Of a stretch of 64,000 nt of DNA, positions 35,877 to 46,207 are shown piece by piece; the first letter of the stretch is position 1; each line of letters opens with the position of its first letter. A model generated the notes under the pieces. It searched no databases. It saw only the letters and a list, made by a program, of their open reading frames with translations, and had not been told where the DNA came from. The stretch comes from Candidatus Saccharimonadota bacterium (GTDB lineage Bacteria; Patescibacteriota; Saccharimonadia; Saccharimonadales; UBA10212), in assembly GCA_016187175.1 (NCBI GenBank), contig JACPKG010000022.1, positions 11,989 through 75,988 of the forward strand, written 5' to 3'. The position numbers and the translations under genes were made by a program.

Positions 35877-37406
35877 TTACTTGCTTTTTTTTCTAAGTCT
35901 TGGCCTGGGAATAAAACGCAGTCGCCGAGCACCCATGGCGGCTGTACCAGCCGGTCCTGGTTCATAAAAATAGTCTGGCTGTTCGTATTGATCGTACGTT
36001 ATCATCAAAGCTCGTGATTCGACTTGGCGCAGTGTGTCAAGCGAGACAGAAACCAAGATCAGGATACTGGTACCGCCAATGGCGATACTTTGACTAATAT
36101 ATACTTGGCCGACAACCGGCATCACAGCCAAAAGCCCCAGTGCAATGGCGCCAAATAGCGTCAAGCGATTAACAATTTGACTCAAGTACTTTTCGGTTTG
36201 CTTACCGCTTCTGACATTAGCAATAAAACCGCCCTGTTTTTGCAGGTTTTCGGCAATTTCCTTAGAGTTAAAAGTAACGCTGGTATAAAAATAGGTGAAA
36301 ATGAACACCAAAAAGAAATAGGTGGCCGGGTAAACCCAGGGTTTCCAACCACCAGCAGCAAAGCCCTGAGCGGTAGGATTTTGAAATAGCTCGCTTAAGG
36401 TGACCCCAAAATTTTCCCAGCCGGTTTGAGCAGCTAAGGCTACACCTTGTCCACGGGTCAATATTTGGCCCAAAAAGCCTGGAACGGACAAGAAAGCCAC
36501 AGCAAAGATAATGGGGATAACCCCTGCAGCAATCAGCTTAACCGGAAGAGTAGTTGTTATGCCACCGTAAGCACGATTGCCCTGGACACGCTTAGCGTAA
36601 TTGACGGTTAGCTTCCGGGAAGCTTCGTTCAGCTTGACTACTGCCCACGTGACGAAAATGGCAGCCGTCGTCATAATGCCGACGACGATTAATCCTCGTT
36701 TAGAAAATGCGTGACCCAAAATTGATAATTTGTCGCCAATTGGACTAGCTGGAACGTAGCTGGTAGAGCGAGCCAGATCGGATATCAAGGATGGCAGCAC
36801 GCTGACTATCCCTACGGTAATAAGAAGAGAAATGCCGTTGCCAATTGATCTTTCAGTTATGAGTTCGCCTAGCCACATTAAAACCATCGAACCGCCGGTA
36901 ATAGCTGCTATCATCAGCACCCACTCCATGGCTGACGTATTGGCCGTAATATCTCCCAGCCCGCCAATACTTTGAGCCGCCTGACGAATTAAGTAAATCA
37001 TGCCGATAGATTGAATAACGGCCAGTGGAAAGGTCAGTACGCGTGTATATTGGTTGATCTTCCTGCGTCCAAATTCGCCTTCTTTATTCATAGCTTCGAA
37101 TTTGGGAATAGCTTTAGTTAGCAACTGCATGATAATCGAAGCGTTAATGTAGGGACCCAAACCAACAAGCATGATGGAGAAGTTAGCTAAAGCGCCGCCA
37201 GAAAAAACATTCAGAAAGCCTAGCAATTGGTTAGCGCCAGTTTGGGTATATAAATTTTCTAGAACCTGGCGCAAGGTCTGGGGGTCGCTGAGCGGTACTG
37301 GTATATGGGCAAGGATACGAAAGACCAAAAGCATACCTAGTACAGCTAAAATGCGTTTGCGCATTTCGCTATGACCGAGCGATTTGACAATTATTCCCCA
37401 GTTCAT
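35877..37406 (-). CDS. secY: preprotein translocase subunit SecY (C-terminally extended)
   Basis: 10-TM SecY pattern; basic C-terminal tail. Confidence 0.95.
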   Translation of the reverse strand: MNWGIIVKSLGHSEMRKRILAVLGMLLVFRILAHIPVPLSDPQTLRQVLENLYTQTGANQLLGFLNVFSGGALANFSIMLVGLGPYINASIIMQLLTKAIPKFEAMNKEGEFGRRKINQYTRVLTFPLAVIQSIGMIYLIRQAAQSIGGLGDITANTSAMEWVLMIAAITGGSMVLMWLGELITERSIGNGISLLITVGIVSVLPSLISDLARSTSYVPASPIGDKLSILGHAFSKRGLIVVGIMTTAAIFVTWAVVKLNEASRKLTVNYAKRVQGNRAYGGITTTLPVKLIAAGVIPIIFAVAFLSVPGFLGQILTRGQGVALAAQTGWENFGVTLSELFQNPTAQGFAAGGWKPWVYPATYFFLVFIFTYFYTSVTFNSKEIAENLQKQGGFIANVRSGKQTEKYLSQIVNRLTLFGAIALGLLAVMPVVGQVYISQSIAIGGTSILILVSVSLDTLRQVESRALMITYDQYEQPDYFYEPGPAGTAAMGARRLRFIPRPRLRKKSK

Positions 37407-37876
37407 CCGGTTCCAGTCGTTTTCGTGATAGGACGACCGATGCGTTCAGTTTTAGTGAAGCTACCGCCAGCTTTTTTTAAAGCCTCGATCGCCGAGCTGC
37501 TGGCCCTTGGCAATTTGACATCTTTTTTGGATCCCACCTCACCATTGAACAGTAGTTTTACATTCACATAAGGACTGCTTATTAGACCGGCTTCGGCCAA
37601 AGCAACTGTGTCAATAATGACTTTTTTAACATGATTAAGTTGACTGCTATCAATAATCTCTTGCTTTATTCTATGACTCCTAAAACCTCGTAGTTTTGGC
37701 AGGCGCATGTAAAGCGGCATTTGGCCACCTTCAAAGCCGGGTCGGACTCCGCCACTTTTTCTGGAGCCCTGTCCTTTGGTGCCTCTGCCGGCTGTTTTGC
37801 CTCGACCAGCCGCAATACCGCGACCTGAACGTCGCATTTTGGTCTGCTTGGCCACCGCAATTTCGTTGTACTTCAT
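37403..37876 (-). CDS. rplO: 50S ribosomal protein uL15
   Basis: Canonical uL15 Gly/Arg-rich N-terminus; 4-nt overlap with secY. Confidence 0.93.
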   Translation of the reverse strand: MKYNEIAVAKQTKMRRSGRGIAAGRGKTAGRGTKGQGSRKSGGVRPGFEGGQMPLYMRLPKLRGFRSHRIKQEIIDSSQLNHVKKVIIDTVALAEAGLISSPYVNVKLLFNGEVGSKKDVKLPRASSSAIEALKKAGGSFTKTERIGRPITKTTGTG

Positions 37877-37931
37877 AAACAGCCTTCGGATATAGTCGTT
37901 AGTCTAGCGTCATTAGTCGATAGCTTACTCA

Positions 37932-38459
37932 TTAGTTTTTTCTCTCGAGCCGCCTTTGTGAAGTGTCTTGCTTCGCTTTGGTGACCCACCTGTTCGATGG
38001 TACCATTGTCTTCAAAGCCTCAATGGTAGCGTAAACCGTGTTTATACGGTTAGACGACCCGTGCGATTTAGACAGGGCGTTTTCGAAACCTGCCACTTCC
38101 AAGACCGTACGGACCACTCCCCCTGCTATCAAACCTGTACCTGGAGCTGCTGGTAGTATTAATATACGGGCACCGCCGATTTTAGCCTGAACTTCGTGGG
38201 TAAGCGTAGCTTTATAAATAGGTAGTTTAACAAGGTGCTTTTTGGCTACTTCTGTAGCTTTAGTAACAGCTGCCGTAACATCGGCACCCTTGCTGACACC
38301 TACGCCTACTTGACCTTGATGATCGCCAACTATAACAAGCGCTTGGAATCGGAAGCGGCGACCTCCCTTAACGACACGCGCTACGCGATTGACAAATACG
38401 ACTCGCTCATCAAACTCCTTAGCCTCTACGTGAATATTTTGGTGTCGTCCGTCAGCCAT
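37932..38459 (-). CDS. rpsE: 30S ribosomal protein uS5
   Basis: Canonical uS5. The ATG at 38459 is preferred (GGAGG 6 nt upstream) over the adjacent TTG at 38462. Confidence 0.95.
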   Translation of the reverse strand: MADGRHQNIHVEAKEFDERVVFVNRVARVVKGGRRFRFQALVIVGDHQGQVGVGVSKGADVTAAVTKATEVAKKHLVKLPIYKATLTHEVQAKIGGARILILPAAPGTGLIAGGVVRTVLEVAGFENALSKSHGSSNRINTVYATIEALKTMVPSNRWVTKAKQDTSQRRLERKN

Positions 38460-38471
38460 CAAGCGCCTCCA

Positions 38472-38825
38472 CTAAAACTCCAGACCTTTGGCTCTGGCAG
38501 CATCGGCTAATGTTTTAATCCGGCCATGATACCGCTTAGAGCCTCTATCGAATACTACTTTCTTGATCTTGGCAGCTTTCGCGGCTGTAGCGATTTCTTC
38601 GCCAACCAAGGCAGCCTTTTGAGTCATGTTGCCGTCCAACTTTCGACCAACCGTAGATACATAAACTAGTGTGGAGTCTTTAGCGTCGTCTATAATCTGA
38701 GCAGTAATATTCAGATTACTGAGATGGATACTTAGACGAGGTCGGCCAGCCGAGCCAGACAAACTAGCGCGTACCCGACGGGCCCTGCGGATTTGACTCT
38801 TTTTGTTGTGCATCAACCTATCCAT
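38472..38825 (-). CDS. rplR: 50S ribosomal protein uL18
   Basis: Canonical uL18. Confidence 0.95.
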   Translation of the reverse strand: MDRLMHNKKSQIRRARRVRASLSGSAGRPRLSIHLSNLNITAQIIDDAKDSTLVYVSTVGRKLDGNMTQKAALVGEEIATAAKAAKIKKVVFDRGSKRYHGRIKTLADAARAKGLEF

Positions 38826-38830
38826 AATCC

Positions 38831-39370
38831 TTAAGTCTCCTTACTGCTCTTACCGCTTTTACGGATAACTCGTTCATGTTCGTACTTAATACCTTTACCT
38901 TTATAGGGTTCGGGTTTTTTAAGCGCCCGGATTTCGGCGGCTACTTGACCTACTTGCTGCTTATCAATACCGGCAACGGTTATAGTGTTTTGTTCCACAA
39001 ACACCTGTACGCCAGCTGGTACTTTATACACTACATCATGCGAAAATCCAAGATTGAATTTTAGATCAGAGCCTTGAGCCTCTACGCGGTAACCCACACC
39101 GTGAATCTCTAACCTACGCTCGAATCCACGGCTGACACCAATAACCATATTATTAATAAGCGACCGCATAAGGCCATGATTGGAGCGTACGCTCCGCAGA
39201 TCGTTTTTTCGTTCCACTATCACTTGGTTATTATTAACAGATACCCTGATTCCGGGCATCGTAAACTGAGAAAGCAAGCCTTTTGGTCCACTAACGTTAA
39301 TTTTATTGTTATCAACAGCAACTGATACACCGCTAGGCAGATCAATTGGTAGTTTGCCTATACGACTCAT
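38831..39370 (-). CDS. rplF: 50S ribosomal protein uL6
   Basis: Canonical uL6 (MSRIGKLPI). Confidence 0.95.
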   Translation of the reverse strand: MSRIGKLPIDLPSGVSVAVDNNKINVSGPKGLLSQFTMPGIRVSVNNNQVIVERKNDLRSVRSNHGLMRSLINNMVIGVSRGFERRLEIHGVGYRVEAQGSDLKFNLGFSHDVVYKVPAGVQVFVEQNTITVAGIDKQQVGQVAAEIRALKKPEPYKGKGIKYEHERVIRKSGKSSKET

Positions 39371-39488
39371 TAGACGCTTCCCCTGGTCGCTCCGTTAGCA
39401 ATTAGCCATTGACCACTTACCCTACATTTACCATTAACCATTAACCATTGATCACGGATAACAGGTAACGGGAATGGCGTAGTCATGA
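39371..39488 (+). repeat. rpsH-rplF spacer containing a partial, inverted copy (Z) of the X/Y element
   Basis: In mRNA sense, CCCGTTACCTGTTATCCGTGATCAATGGTTAAT matches the antisense strand of X (CCCGTTACCTGTTGTC...CAGTGACCAATTGGTAAAT). It also has a CCATTAA tandem and the 12-nt palindrome TAGTCATGACTA at the rpsH stop. Confidence 0.5.
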
Positions 39489-39878
39489 CTAGTAGACCTC
39501 GCAGATTAGCTCACCACCCAGCTTTTTAACTCTGGCTTCTTCGCCAGTCATTATGCCAGCCGAAGTCGAAATCACAACTAAACCTCGACCACGCCTAACC
39601 CTAGGTATATCCTTGGCTGTAACATATTGGCGACGGCCAGGGCGACTCAATCGACTAATCTCAGTGATATTGGCTGAAGCGTCTTCGTCGTTGATTGTGA
39701 TGACTAATGCATTGAGACTGTTTTTCTTAGACGATTTAACGTCTTTCAAAAAGCCGTTCCTGAGCAAGATTTGGGCCACTTTTTCCTTAGTTTTCGAATG
39801 CGGTAAGCTAACTACTGCCTTATTCACAGCAATGGCGTTTTTGATACGGCTTAACATGTCAGCTATAGGATCGGTCAT
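39489..39878 (-). CDS. rpsH: 30S ribosomal protein uS8
   Basis: Canonical uS8 (MTDPIADMLSRIKNA). Confidence 0.95.
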   Translation of the reverse strand: MTDPIADMLSRIKNAIAVNKAVVSLPHSKTKEKVAQILLRNGFLKDVKSSKKNSLNALVITINDEDASANITEISRLSRPGRRQYVTAKDIPRVRRGRGLVVISTSAGIMTGEEARVKKLGGELICEVY

Positions 39879-39952
39879 AAAAAATCCTCCGGAGTCGCTA
39901 GAATTCGACTGTAAAACTGTTGAGCGTTGACTATTGACTGTTGACTCATGTT

Positions 39953-40222
39953 TTACCAGCTACTCTTAGTTACGCCTGGAATTTCGCCCTTGCTGGCATG
40001 CTCCCGAAAAGCGATTCGCGATAGTCCAAACTGTCGCATATAAGCCCTAGGTCGGCCAGTTTCGGTACAACGATTCTTCTGCCTGGTAGGGCTGCTGTTC
40101 CTAGGTAAACGCGCCAAACCTTCTAAGTCGCCGGTAGCCTTAAGCTCCGCCCGCCTGCGGGCGTACTTTTCAATCAGTTTTTGGCGTTTAGCATCTCTAG
40201 CCAACACCGATTTTTTAGCCAT
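39953..40222 (-). CDS. rpsN: 30S ribosomal protein uS14 (long, non-zinc form, 89 aa)
   Basis: Canonical uS14 ending GVTKSSW. Confidence 0.93.
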   Translation of the reverse strand: MAKKSVLARDAKRQKLIEKYARRRAELKATGDLEGLARLPRNSSPTRQKNRCTETGRPRAYMRQFGLSRIAFREHASKGEIPGVTKSSW

Positions 40223-40318
40223 AGATGCTCCTTCCAGTCGCTTCAGGTACTAGTTTATAGGTGCTAGGTGCTAGAACCACGAACCTAGAATCTAAAACCT
40301 TATGATTTACGCAGTGAA

Positions 40319-40885
40319 TCATTGGGTCTCCTTTTCGAAGGGCACGCCTAACTTTTCTAGTAATGCGCGGGCATGCTGTGAATTCTTGGCTTTAATTGCA
40401 AAGGTAATTTGCAGGCCGTGAGGCGTCGCCGTATCTTCGTACGTCAGTTCGGGAAAAACCGACTGATCGGCCAGCCCGATAGAGTAATTGCCTTGCCTGT
40501 CAAAAGATCTAGCCGAAACACCATGAAAGTCTCGCAGCCGTGGTAATACTAAATTAATGAACCGATCAGCGAACTCATACATACGAGCGTCACGAAGTGT
40601 AACCATTAGTCCAATCTTGCTGCCCTGTCGTAGCTTAAAGCTGGCAATCGATCGCTTAGCGGTCGTCTGCACTGGCTTTTGACCTGTTATTTTAGACAGG
40701 GTATTTTCGGCCACCTCCAATAAGCGTTTGTCATCCTTAGCCCGGCCCAAACCGACATTGACTACAATTGCCTCAAGTCTTGGTGTCTCATGTAAGTTAG
40801 CCAAACCCAGCTCATCTTTTAGCTGCTTCATCCAGCTCTCGAAGTATAGCTGTTTGAGTCGTGACCGATAACTTCTGACTTCCAC
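40319..40885 (-). CDS. rplE: 50S ribosomal protein uL5
   Basis: Canonical uL5. Confidence 0.95.
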   Translation of the reverse strand: MEVRSYRSRLKQLYFESWMKQLKDELGLANLHETPRLEAIVVNVGLGRAKDDKRLLEVAENTLSKITGQKPVQTTAKRSIASFKLRQGSKIGLMVTLRDARMYEFADRFINLVLPRLRDFHGVSARSFDRQGNYSIGLADQSVFPELTYEDTATPHGLQITFAIKAKNSQHARALLEKLGVPFEKETQ

Positions 40886-41241
40886 TATTTGATCTCCCTC
40901 CCGGAGGTCTTTAAGATTCGGGATCTAGTGCCATCTTTTGAGATTGTCATACCAACTCTAGAAGGCCTTTTTGCAACTGGATCCAATAAACCAACCTTGC
41001 TGACCCAGATGGGCTTTGTCAGTTCTAAAATGCCGCCTTGAGGATTTGTCTTAGTCGGCTTTTGATGTTTCTTGACTACATTTACACCCTCGACAGTAAT
41101 CTTGTTGAGTGTCGGATACACTCCCAAAACCTTACCTGTATGGCCTTTATACTTTCCAGACCTCACCATTACCACATCACCGACCTTCAAACGTACCTTG
41201 AAGGGTTTGATCTTTGATCCTTGATCTTTGATCCTTGTCAT
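40885..41241 (-). CDS. rplX: 50S ribosomal protein uL24
   Basis: KOW motif [18 protein letters not shown]; the N-terminal codons are a GATCAAAGATCAAG tandem. Confidence 0.93.
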   Translation of the reverse strand: MTRIKDQGSKIKPFKVRLKVGDVVMVRSGKYKGHTGKVLGVYPTLNKITVEGVNVVKKHQKPTKTNPQGGILELTKPIWVSKVGLLDPVAKRPSRVGMTISKDGTRSRILKTSGREIK

Positions 41242-41609
41242 AGCACCTCCGGAGCTAGCGAGATAATACGACTGTACCCTTTTTCGCGAAGTTCACGAGG
41301 TACTGGGCCAAAAATACGCGTGCCTAGGGGAGAGCGATTATCCTCAGATAAAACGACTGCGGCGTTATCGTCAAATTTGATTAGGGAACCGTCGTTACGT
41401 CGAATAGGGGTACGAGTTCGCACAACCACTGCTTTGACAATACTTTTACGCTTAAGTGTACCTGCCGGATTAGCTGTTTTGACACTCGCTACTATCACAT
41501 CTCCCACACGCGCATAGCGGCGGCCGCTTCCGCCGAGCACCCTGATACAAAGCAGCTGGCGGGCGCCACTGTTATCGGCGGCGATTAAGCGTGATTCCTG
41601 CTGGATCAT
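41238..41609 (-). CDS. rplN: 50S ribosomal protein uL14
   Basis: Canonical uL14 (MIQQESRL). Confidence 0.95.
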   Translation of the reverse strand: MIQQESRLIAADNSGARQLLCIRVLGGSGRRYARVGDVIVASVKTANPAGTLKRKSIVKAVVVRTRTPIRRNDGSLIKFDDNAAVVLSEDNRSPLGTRIFGPVPRELREKGYSRIISLAPEVL

Positions 41610-41989
41610 GTAACGCTCCCTTCGGTCACTTTAGCTGAAAGCTGAGAGCTGGAAGCCGAAAGCTTACCTGAAGCGGCTTTGGGCTTTTGGCTTGGGACTT
41701 TTGGCTCTTGTGGCATGTCGGCCGTGGCATCCGTTTCTCTGAAGGCTACGCGGGCTTTTTCGATAATCTTATACAATACAAAACGTTTGCGAGCACTTAA
41801 AGGTCTAGATTCCCGTATTACCACTAAATCACCCACGCTAGCTTCATTTTTCTCGTCATGAGCCATAAACTTGGCCTTTACGGCGTACTGCTTTTTATAG
41901 ATAGGGTGTGTTTTGCGCTTGACGACAGAAATTACGATAGTTTTATCTGGACTACTGCTTAGGACTCTACCTGTCAATAAACGAGCCAT
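41606..41989 (-). CDS. rpsQ: 30S ribosomal protein uS17 with ~45-aa C-terminal extension
   Basis: Canonical uS17 core followed by a Ser/Lys/Pro-rich tail. Confidence 0.93.
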   Translation of the reverse strand: MARLLTGRVLSSSPDKTIVISVVKRKTHPIYKKQYAVKAKFMAHDEKNEASVGDLVVIRESRPLSARKRFVLYKIIEKARVAFRETDATADMPQEPKVPSQKPKAASGKLSASSSQLSAKVTEGSVT

Positions 41990-42189
41990 CAGATACTCTC
42001 CTTATGTAATTGTTCACCCAATACAGTCATAACGCGAGCAAGGTCTTTACGTTTAGCGCGGATGGCCCGGCTATTAGTAACTTCACCACTATATAGCCTG
42101 CGACGCATTTCAGTGATTTCTTCACGCAGCTTGGTGCTTTCACGAGCTAAATCGTCAGTGCTTTTTTTGCGGATATCAGCAATTTTCAT
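41989..42189 (-). CDS. rpmC: 50S ribosomal protein uL29
   Basis: Canonical uL29. Confidence 0.93.
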   Translation of the reverse strand: MKIADIRKKSTDDLARESTKLREEITEMRRRLYSGEVTNSRAIRAKRKDLARVMTVLGEQLHKESI

Positions 42190-42191
42190 AA

Positions 42192-42608
42192 TTACTGTTC
42201 TTCCTTAACGCTAAATGACGTTTTAACGGGCAATTTGTGTCCGGCTAGCCGCATAGCTTCTTTGGCGGTCTCTTCAGAAACTCCGTCCATTTCAAAAAGA
42301 ACTGTTCCTGGTTTTACTTTGGTAATGAATAACTCAGGGTTACCCTTACCGCTACCCATCTTGGCACCTAATGGTTTTTGGCTGACAGGCGTATGCGGAA
42401 ATACCCTGATCCAAATCTGGCCACCGCGTTTTATATAGCGAGTCATAGCTTGACGGGCAGCTTCAATTTGACGGCTAGATACGCGTTCGGCTTGCTGACT
42501 GACTAGACCGTAGCGACCATACGTCAGTTCGTTTAACGACGTGGCGCTACCACCATGCACCCGTCCCTTACGGACCTTACGGTACTTGGTGCGTGATGGC
42601 ATCAACAT
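42192..42608 (-). CDS. rplP: 50S ribosomal protein uL16
   Basis: Canonical uL16. The start was trimmed to MLMPSRTKYRK (42608), which has AAGGAG 6 nt upstream. Confidence 0.95.
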   Translation of the reverse strand: MLMPSRTKYRKVRKGRVHGGSATSLNELTYGRYGLVSQQAERVSSRQIEAARQAMTRYIKRGGQIWIRVFPHTPVSQKPLGAKMGSGKGNPELFITKVKPGTVLFEMDGVSEETAKEAMRLAGHKLPVKTSFSVKEEQ

Positions 42609-42695
42609 AAGAAGCTCCTTACAGTCGAGGAGAATGGAGCATGCAGAATGTAGGATGGGCAGAACCCACACTTCATACTTCTTACTTCATACTTC

Positions 42696-42717
42696 TGAAA
42701 AATGATGACATTTTTCA
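42696..42717. repeat. AT-rich stop-codon palindrome TGAAAAATG-n4-CATTTTTCA (rpsC stop)
   Basis: 9-bp perfect inverted repeat that includes the rpsC TGA. Confidence 0.6.
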
Positions 42718-43347
42718 TTGGGTTTCTCCTCGGTATATCCAGACTTTAACACCTATAATGCCAGCACCTGGGTATTGAGCCTTGGCACTAGCAAAGTCTA
42801 TATCGGCCCTAATCGTGTGCAACGGCACACTGCCCTGAACTTCTTTTTCACGCCGTGACATCTCATTACCGCCCAGGCGTCCGGCAATCTCGACACGAAC
42901 CCCTTTGGCTCCAGCCCGCATCGTGGCGGCGGCGGCGGATTTCATAGCTCGACGAAAAGCGATGCGTCGCTCTAGTTGGTGGGCAATATTTTCAGCAACC
43001 AATTTGGCTTGTAGTTCGGGGCGTTTGATTTCTTCGATATTTATCCTAACTGGTACCCCGTAAAGTCTTTCTATCTGCTCTTTCAGCTCAGTCGCGCCTG
43101 TACCGCCACGCCCAATCACTACACCGGCTTTAGCCGTCTGAATAGTAATCGTCACTAGGTTAGGCGACCGCTCAATGTCAACTTTACTGACCGCAGCTCT
43201 TGAGCCAAGTTTATTAAGAATTAATCTGCGAGCGGCAAGGTCGGCCGTCAGGTAGTTGGCATACTCTTTCTTATTGGCAAACCATTTACTGCGCCAGTCT
43301 TTGTTAACTTGGAGTCGCATACTGATGGGATTAATTTTCTGACCCAT
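42715..43347 (-). CDS. rpsC: 30S ribosomal protein uS3
   Basis: Canonical uS3. The start was trimmed to MGQKINPIS (43347), which has AAGGAG upstream. Confidence 0.95.
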   Translation of the reverse strand: MGQKINPISMRLQVNKDWRSKWFANKKEYANYLTADLAARRLILNKLGSRAAVSKVDIERSPNLVTITIQTAKAGVVIGRGGTGATELKEQIERLYGVPVRINIEEIKRPELQAKLVAENIAHQLERRIAFRRAMKSAAAATMRAGAKGVRVEIAGRLGGNEMSRREKEVQGSVPLHTIRADIDFASAKAQYPGAGIIGVKVWIYRGETQ

Positions 43348-43423
43348 CACACACTCCTTGCAGTCGCTTGAGGTGACAGGTTGTAGGTGACAGGTGACAG
43401 CTCGAACAGTGTTATAGGATAAA

Positions 43424-43810
43424 TCATTCTTGAGTCTCCACAGGCTTCGCTTTTGATACAGTCTTTTTTGTAACTCTTTGCTCGCCATCAACGAGAACTC
43501 TTATGTTGCTAGTACCTCGAGTAAAGCGTCGGGTCCGGCCGAAAGCAGCTGCCCGATAGCGCTTATAGCGAACGCCTGGAGTCACGCTGATTTCGGAAAT
43601 AAATAGCGTAGCAGGTTTGTAGTTATGATTATGTTCTGCGTTAGCCCTAGCACTGACGACTACTTGCTTGACGGCTTGGGCAGCCCGCCTAGGTGTATGA
43701 TCCAGAATTGTCACCGCATCAGTAACCATGCGCCCGCGGACTAAGGCCGCCACCACATCGACTTTGCGCGGACTCATACGGACACCTTTATATAGGGCTA
43801 GGACAGCCAT
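43424..43810 (-). CDS. rplV: 50S ribosomal protein uL22
   Basis: Canonical uL22 (RMSPRKVDVVAALVRG). Confidence 0.93.
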   Translation of the reverse strand: MAVLALYKGVRMSPRKVDVVAALVRGRMVTDAVTILDHTPRRAAQAVKQVVVSARANAEHNHNYKPATLFISEISVTPGVRYKRYRAAAFGRTRRFTRGTSNIRVLVDGEQRVTKKTVSKAKPVETQE

Positions 43811-43812
43811 GA

Positions 43813-44130
43813 TTACACCTTTGCCTCCGCCCTTGGGGTAGAGCTGGATGCACCAGTCTCCTGGCTTTTAGCCAGCTTGCCACCATGACCCCGGAATTTT
43901 CTAGTCGGCGAAAACTCACCTAGTTTGTGGCCGACCATGTTTTCGGTAATAAAAACTGGCACATGGACTTTACCATTATGAACAGCAATGGTTCGACCAA
44001 CAAATTCTGGTGCAACTACGGATGCCCGCGCCCAAGTCTTTATAACAGAGCGGTCGTGTGGCCCAAGTGCTGCAATCTTCTTGGCCAGTTTAGGGTCTAC
44101 AAACGGCCCTTTTTTCAATGAACGACTCAT
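43813..44130 (-). CDS. rpsS: 30S ribosomal protein uS19 (C-terminally extended)
   Basis: Canonical uS19. The start was trimmed to [10 protein letters not shown] (44130), which has AAGGAG upstream. Confidence 0.95.
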   Translation of the reverse strand: MSRSLKKGPFVDPKLAKKIAALGPHDRSVIKTWARASVVAPEFVGRTIAVHNGKVHVPVFITENMVGHKLGEFSPTRKFRGHGGKLAKSQETGASSSTPRAEAKV

Positions 44131-44239
44131 CTCTTCGCTCCTTCGTCGTTCGGTAACAAGTAACAAACAATAAGTAACAAGTTATATTTGATGAAATTAT
44201 GCAGCAGTCCTTGTTGCATGTTACATGTTGCCTGTTGCT

Positions 44240-44260
44240 TAAAAATGCTTTGCATTTTTA
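44240..44260. repeat. AT-rich stop-codon palindrome TAAAAATGC-n3-GCATTTTTA (rplB stop)
   Basis: 9-bp perfect inverted repeat that includes the rplB TAA. The same arms occur at 45496..45516. Confidence 0.65.
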
Positions 44261-45094
44261 TTTCCTTTTTCCTTGGTGTCGACTACGGACAATAAATTTA
44301 TTACTTGCCTTTCGGCGACGTGTTTTGTAGCCAAGAGTCTTTTGGCCCCAAGGTGTTGTGGGTGGGCGGGCCATCCTATGTCTACCACCATCACCACCGC
44401 CATGCGGATGGTCGGCGGCTGCCATTACCACACCACGCACAGTCGGACGGATACCCATGTGACGCTTACGGCCGGCTTTGCCTATTTGGACGTTCTGGTG
44501 TTGCTCATTGCCAACTTGACCAACTGAAGCCAGGCATTCGACACTGACCAGACGAACTTCACCACTTGGCAACCTTATTTGAGCCCATTCATGATCTTTA
44601 GCCACCAGTTGGGCTACGGCGCCGGCAGTGCGAGCCAGTTGTGCGCCTTTGCCAGGTTGTAGTTCAACAGCGTGAATTACCGTACCGTTAGGTATATTTT
44701 TAAGCGGTAGACGATTACCCCGTACAACAGGCGCTTCCTCCTCAACTACCAGTTTTCTACCCGGCTTCATCCCTTTAGTGGCCAGAATATAGTGGTATCG
44801 GCCATTTTGGTCCTTGATTCGGGCAATTCGCGCGCTGCGATTAGGATCATATTCTATATGCTCGACAACCGCTGATGTGCCTGATTCTAGCTTGAAGTCA
44901 ATCAGTCTTAAGTAGCGTCTCGCTCCGCCGCCGCGGTGGCGCGTGGTAATGCGGCCTTGATTATTACGGGCCACCGGACCTTTTTTAATTACCACCAGGC
45001 CTTTCAAAGGTTTCTTGACCGTAATAGCATCAAAGTCCTGACTGCTCATGCCGCGCCGCGCCGCTGTAACTGGTTTGTACTCTCTGACAGCCAT
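44258..45094 (-). CDS. rplB: 50S ribosomal protein uL2
   Basis: Canonical uL2. Confidence 0.96.
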   Translation of the reverse strand: MAVREYKPVTAARRGMSSQDFDAITVKKPLKGLVVIKKGPVARNNQGRITTRHRGGGARRYLRLIDFKLESGTSAVVEHIEYDPNRSARIARIKDQNGRYHYILATKGMKPGRKLVVEEEAPVVRGNRLPLKNIPNGTVIHAVELQPGKGAQLARTAGAVAQLVAKDHEWAQIRLPSGEVRLVSVECLASVGQVGNEQHQNVQIGKAGRKRHMGIRPTVRGVVMAAADHPHGGGDGGRHRMARPPTTPWGQKTLGYKTRRRKASNKFIVRSRHQGKRK

Positions 45095-45417
45095 TATATG
45101 GTTTCCTTAGCTTTATCATCTGTGCCAGCAAAAAGCGGGATACGCTCACCCTCTTTTAGAGTTACGTAGGCTTTACGAATACCAGCGCGTAACGCTGTTA
45201 CATGACGGCCTCGTTTCCTATAAGCCCGCAGGGGTTTAGGCGCGGTATTGGCAATCTTAACAGACACAACGTTGACTTTGTACTGGTCGGTTATAGCACT
45301 AGCAACTGTGTGGCGATTGGTGTTCGTTGGCACGTCAAACACATAAGTATTACGCTGTTCACTCAAGGCATAGGCTTTTTCTGACAATCTGGGCTTCAGA
45401 ATCAATGTTTTAGACAT
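45094..45417 (-). CDS. rplW: 50S ribosomal protein uL23
   Basis: Canonical uL23; 1-nt overlap with rplB. Confidence 0.93.
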   Translation of the reverse strand: MSKTLILKPRLSEKAYALSEQRNTYVFDVPTNTNRHTVASAITDQYKVNVVSVKIANTAPKPLRAYRKRGRHVTALRAGIRKAYVTLKEGERIPLFAGTDDKAKETI

Positions 45418-45495
45418 CAGCTCTCTCCTTTCGCTGTAACAGGTAGCTAGTAATAAGTAACAAGCTATGTTGCCCGTTGCGTTTTACATGTTGCT

Positions 45496-45516
45496 TAAAA
45501 ATGCTACGCATTTTTA
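45496..45516. repeat. AT-rich stop-codon palindrome TAAAAATGC-n3-GCATTTTTA (rplD stop)
   Basis: Arms identical to 44240..44260. The rplD TAG lies in the loop, and the flanking AGCAACATGTAA is also shared. Confidence 0.65.
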
Positions 45517-46145
45517 GCTCCCAGCCATTCGTGGACAATATCAAGTGCTTTTTTGCTAATAACTATCTGGTCAGAGTTCAAGATGTCATAAACGCTCAGA
45601 AACTTGGCAGGAACAGCTTTAACTCGACTGATATTGCGGGTTGCACGTTCAACTAAGCTGTCTTTTTGGCTCACAACTAACAAAACGCTGCCATTGGCAC
45701 CAATCCTATTAAGTAGAGCAAGAGTTGGCTTAACCTTCCCATCGGGGCAGGCAAATGTTTCGATAACTATCAGTTTGTTTGAATCGGCCGCCAAGGTCAA
45801 TGCTTGGCGAATAGCCAGTCGCTTAGCCTGGGTACTAATTTTCCGACTGTAATTTTCCTTCCCACTCGGACCAAAAGCCACGCCACCCCCTGTCCAAATA
45901 GGATTACGAGACGAACCAAAGCGGGCCCGGCCGGTACCTTTTTGGCGCCATGGTTTAGCACCACCACCGCGAACATCGCCGCGCGTTCTAGCCTTAGCGA
46001 TATTCTTACGAGCGTTAGCCAGATGCGCTAAGTAGGCGTCCTTTAGTAATTGGTGGCTTTTAGCCTCCACACCAAAAATAGTCTTATCCAGCTTGACAGG
46101 AGATGACGCTTTAGCACCGGATTTTGTATATGTTGCCACAGCCAT
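45504..46145 (-). CDS. rplD: 50S ribosomal protein uL4
   Basis: Canonical uL4. The start was trimmed to [10 protein letters not shown] (46145), which has GAGGAG upstream. Confidence 0.95.
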   Translation of the reverse strand: MAVATYTKSGAKASSPVKLDKTIFGVEAKSHQLLKDAYLAHLANARKNIAKARTRGDVRGGGAKPWRQKGTGRARFGSSRNPIWTGGGVAFGPSGKENYSRKISTQAKRLAIRQALTLAADSNKLIVIETFACPDGKVKPTLALLNRIGANGSVLLVVSQKDSLVERATRNISRVKAVPAKFLSVYDILNSDQIVISKKALDIVHEWLGAKNA

Positions 46146-46207
46146 CAGAGAACTCCTCGGTTCATGTTCTGGCTGCGGTAGAGGCTCGAAGCCTTGTGCG
46201 TAGTGCC

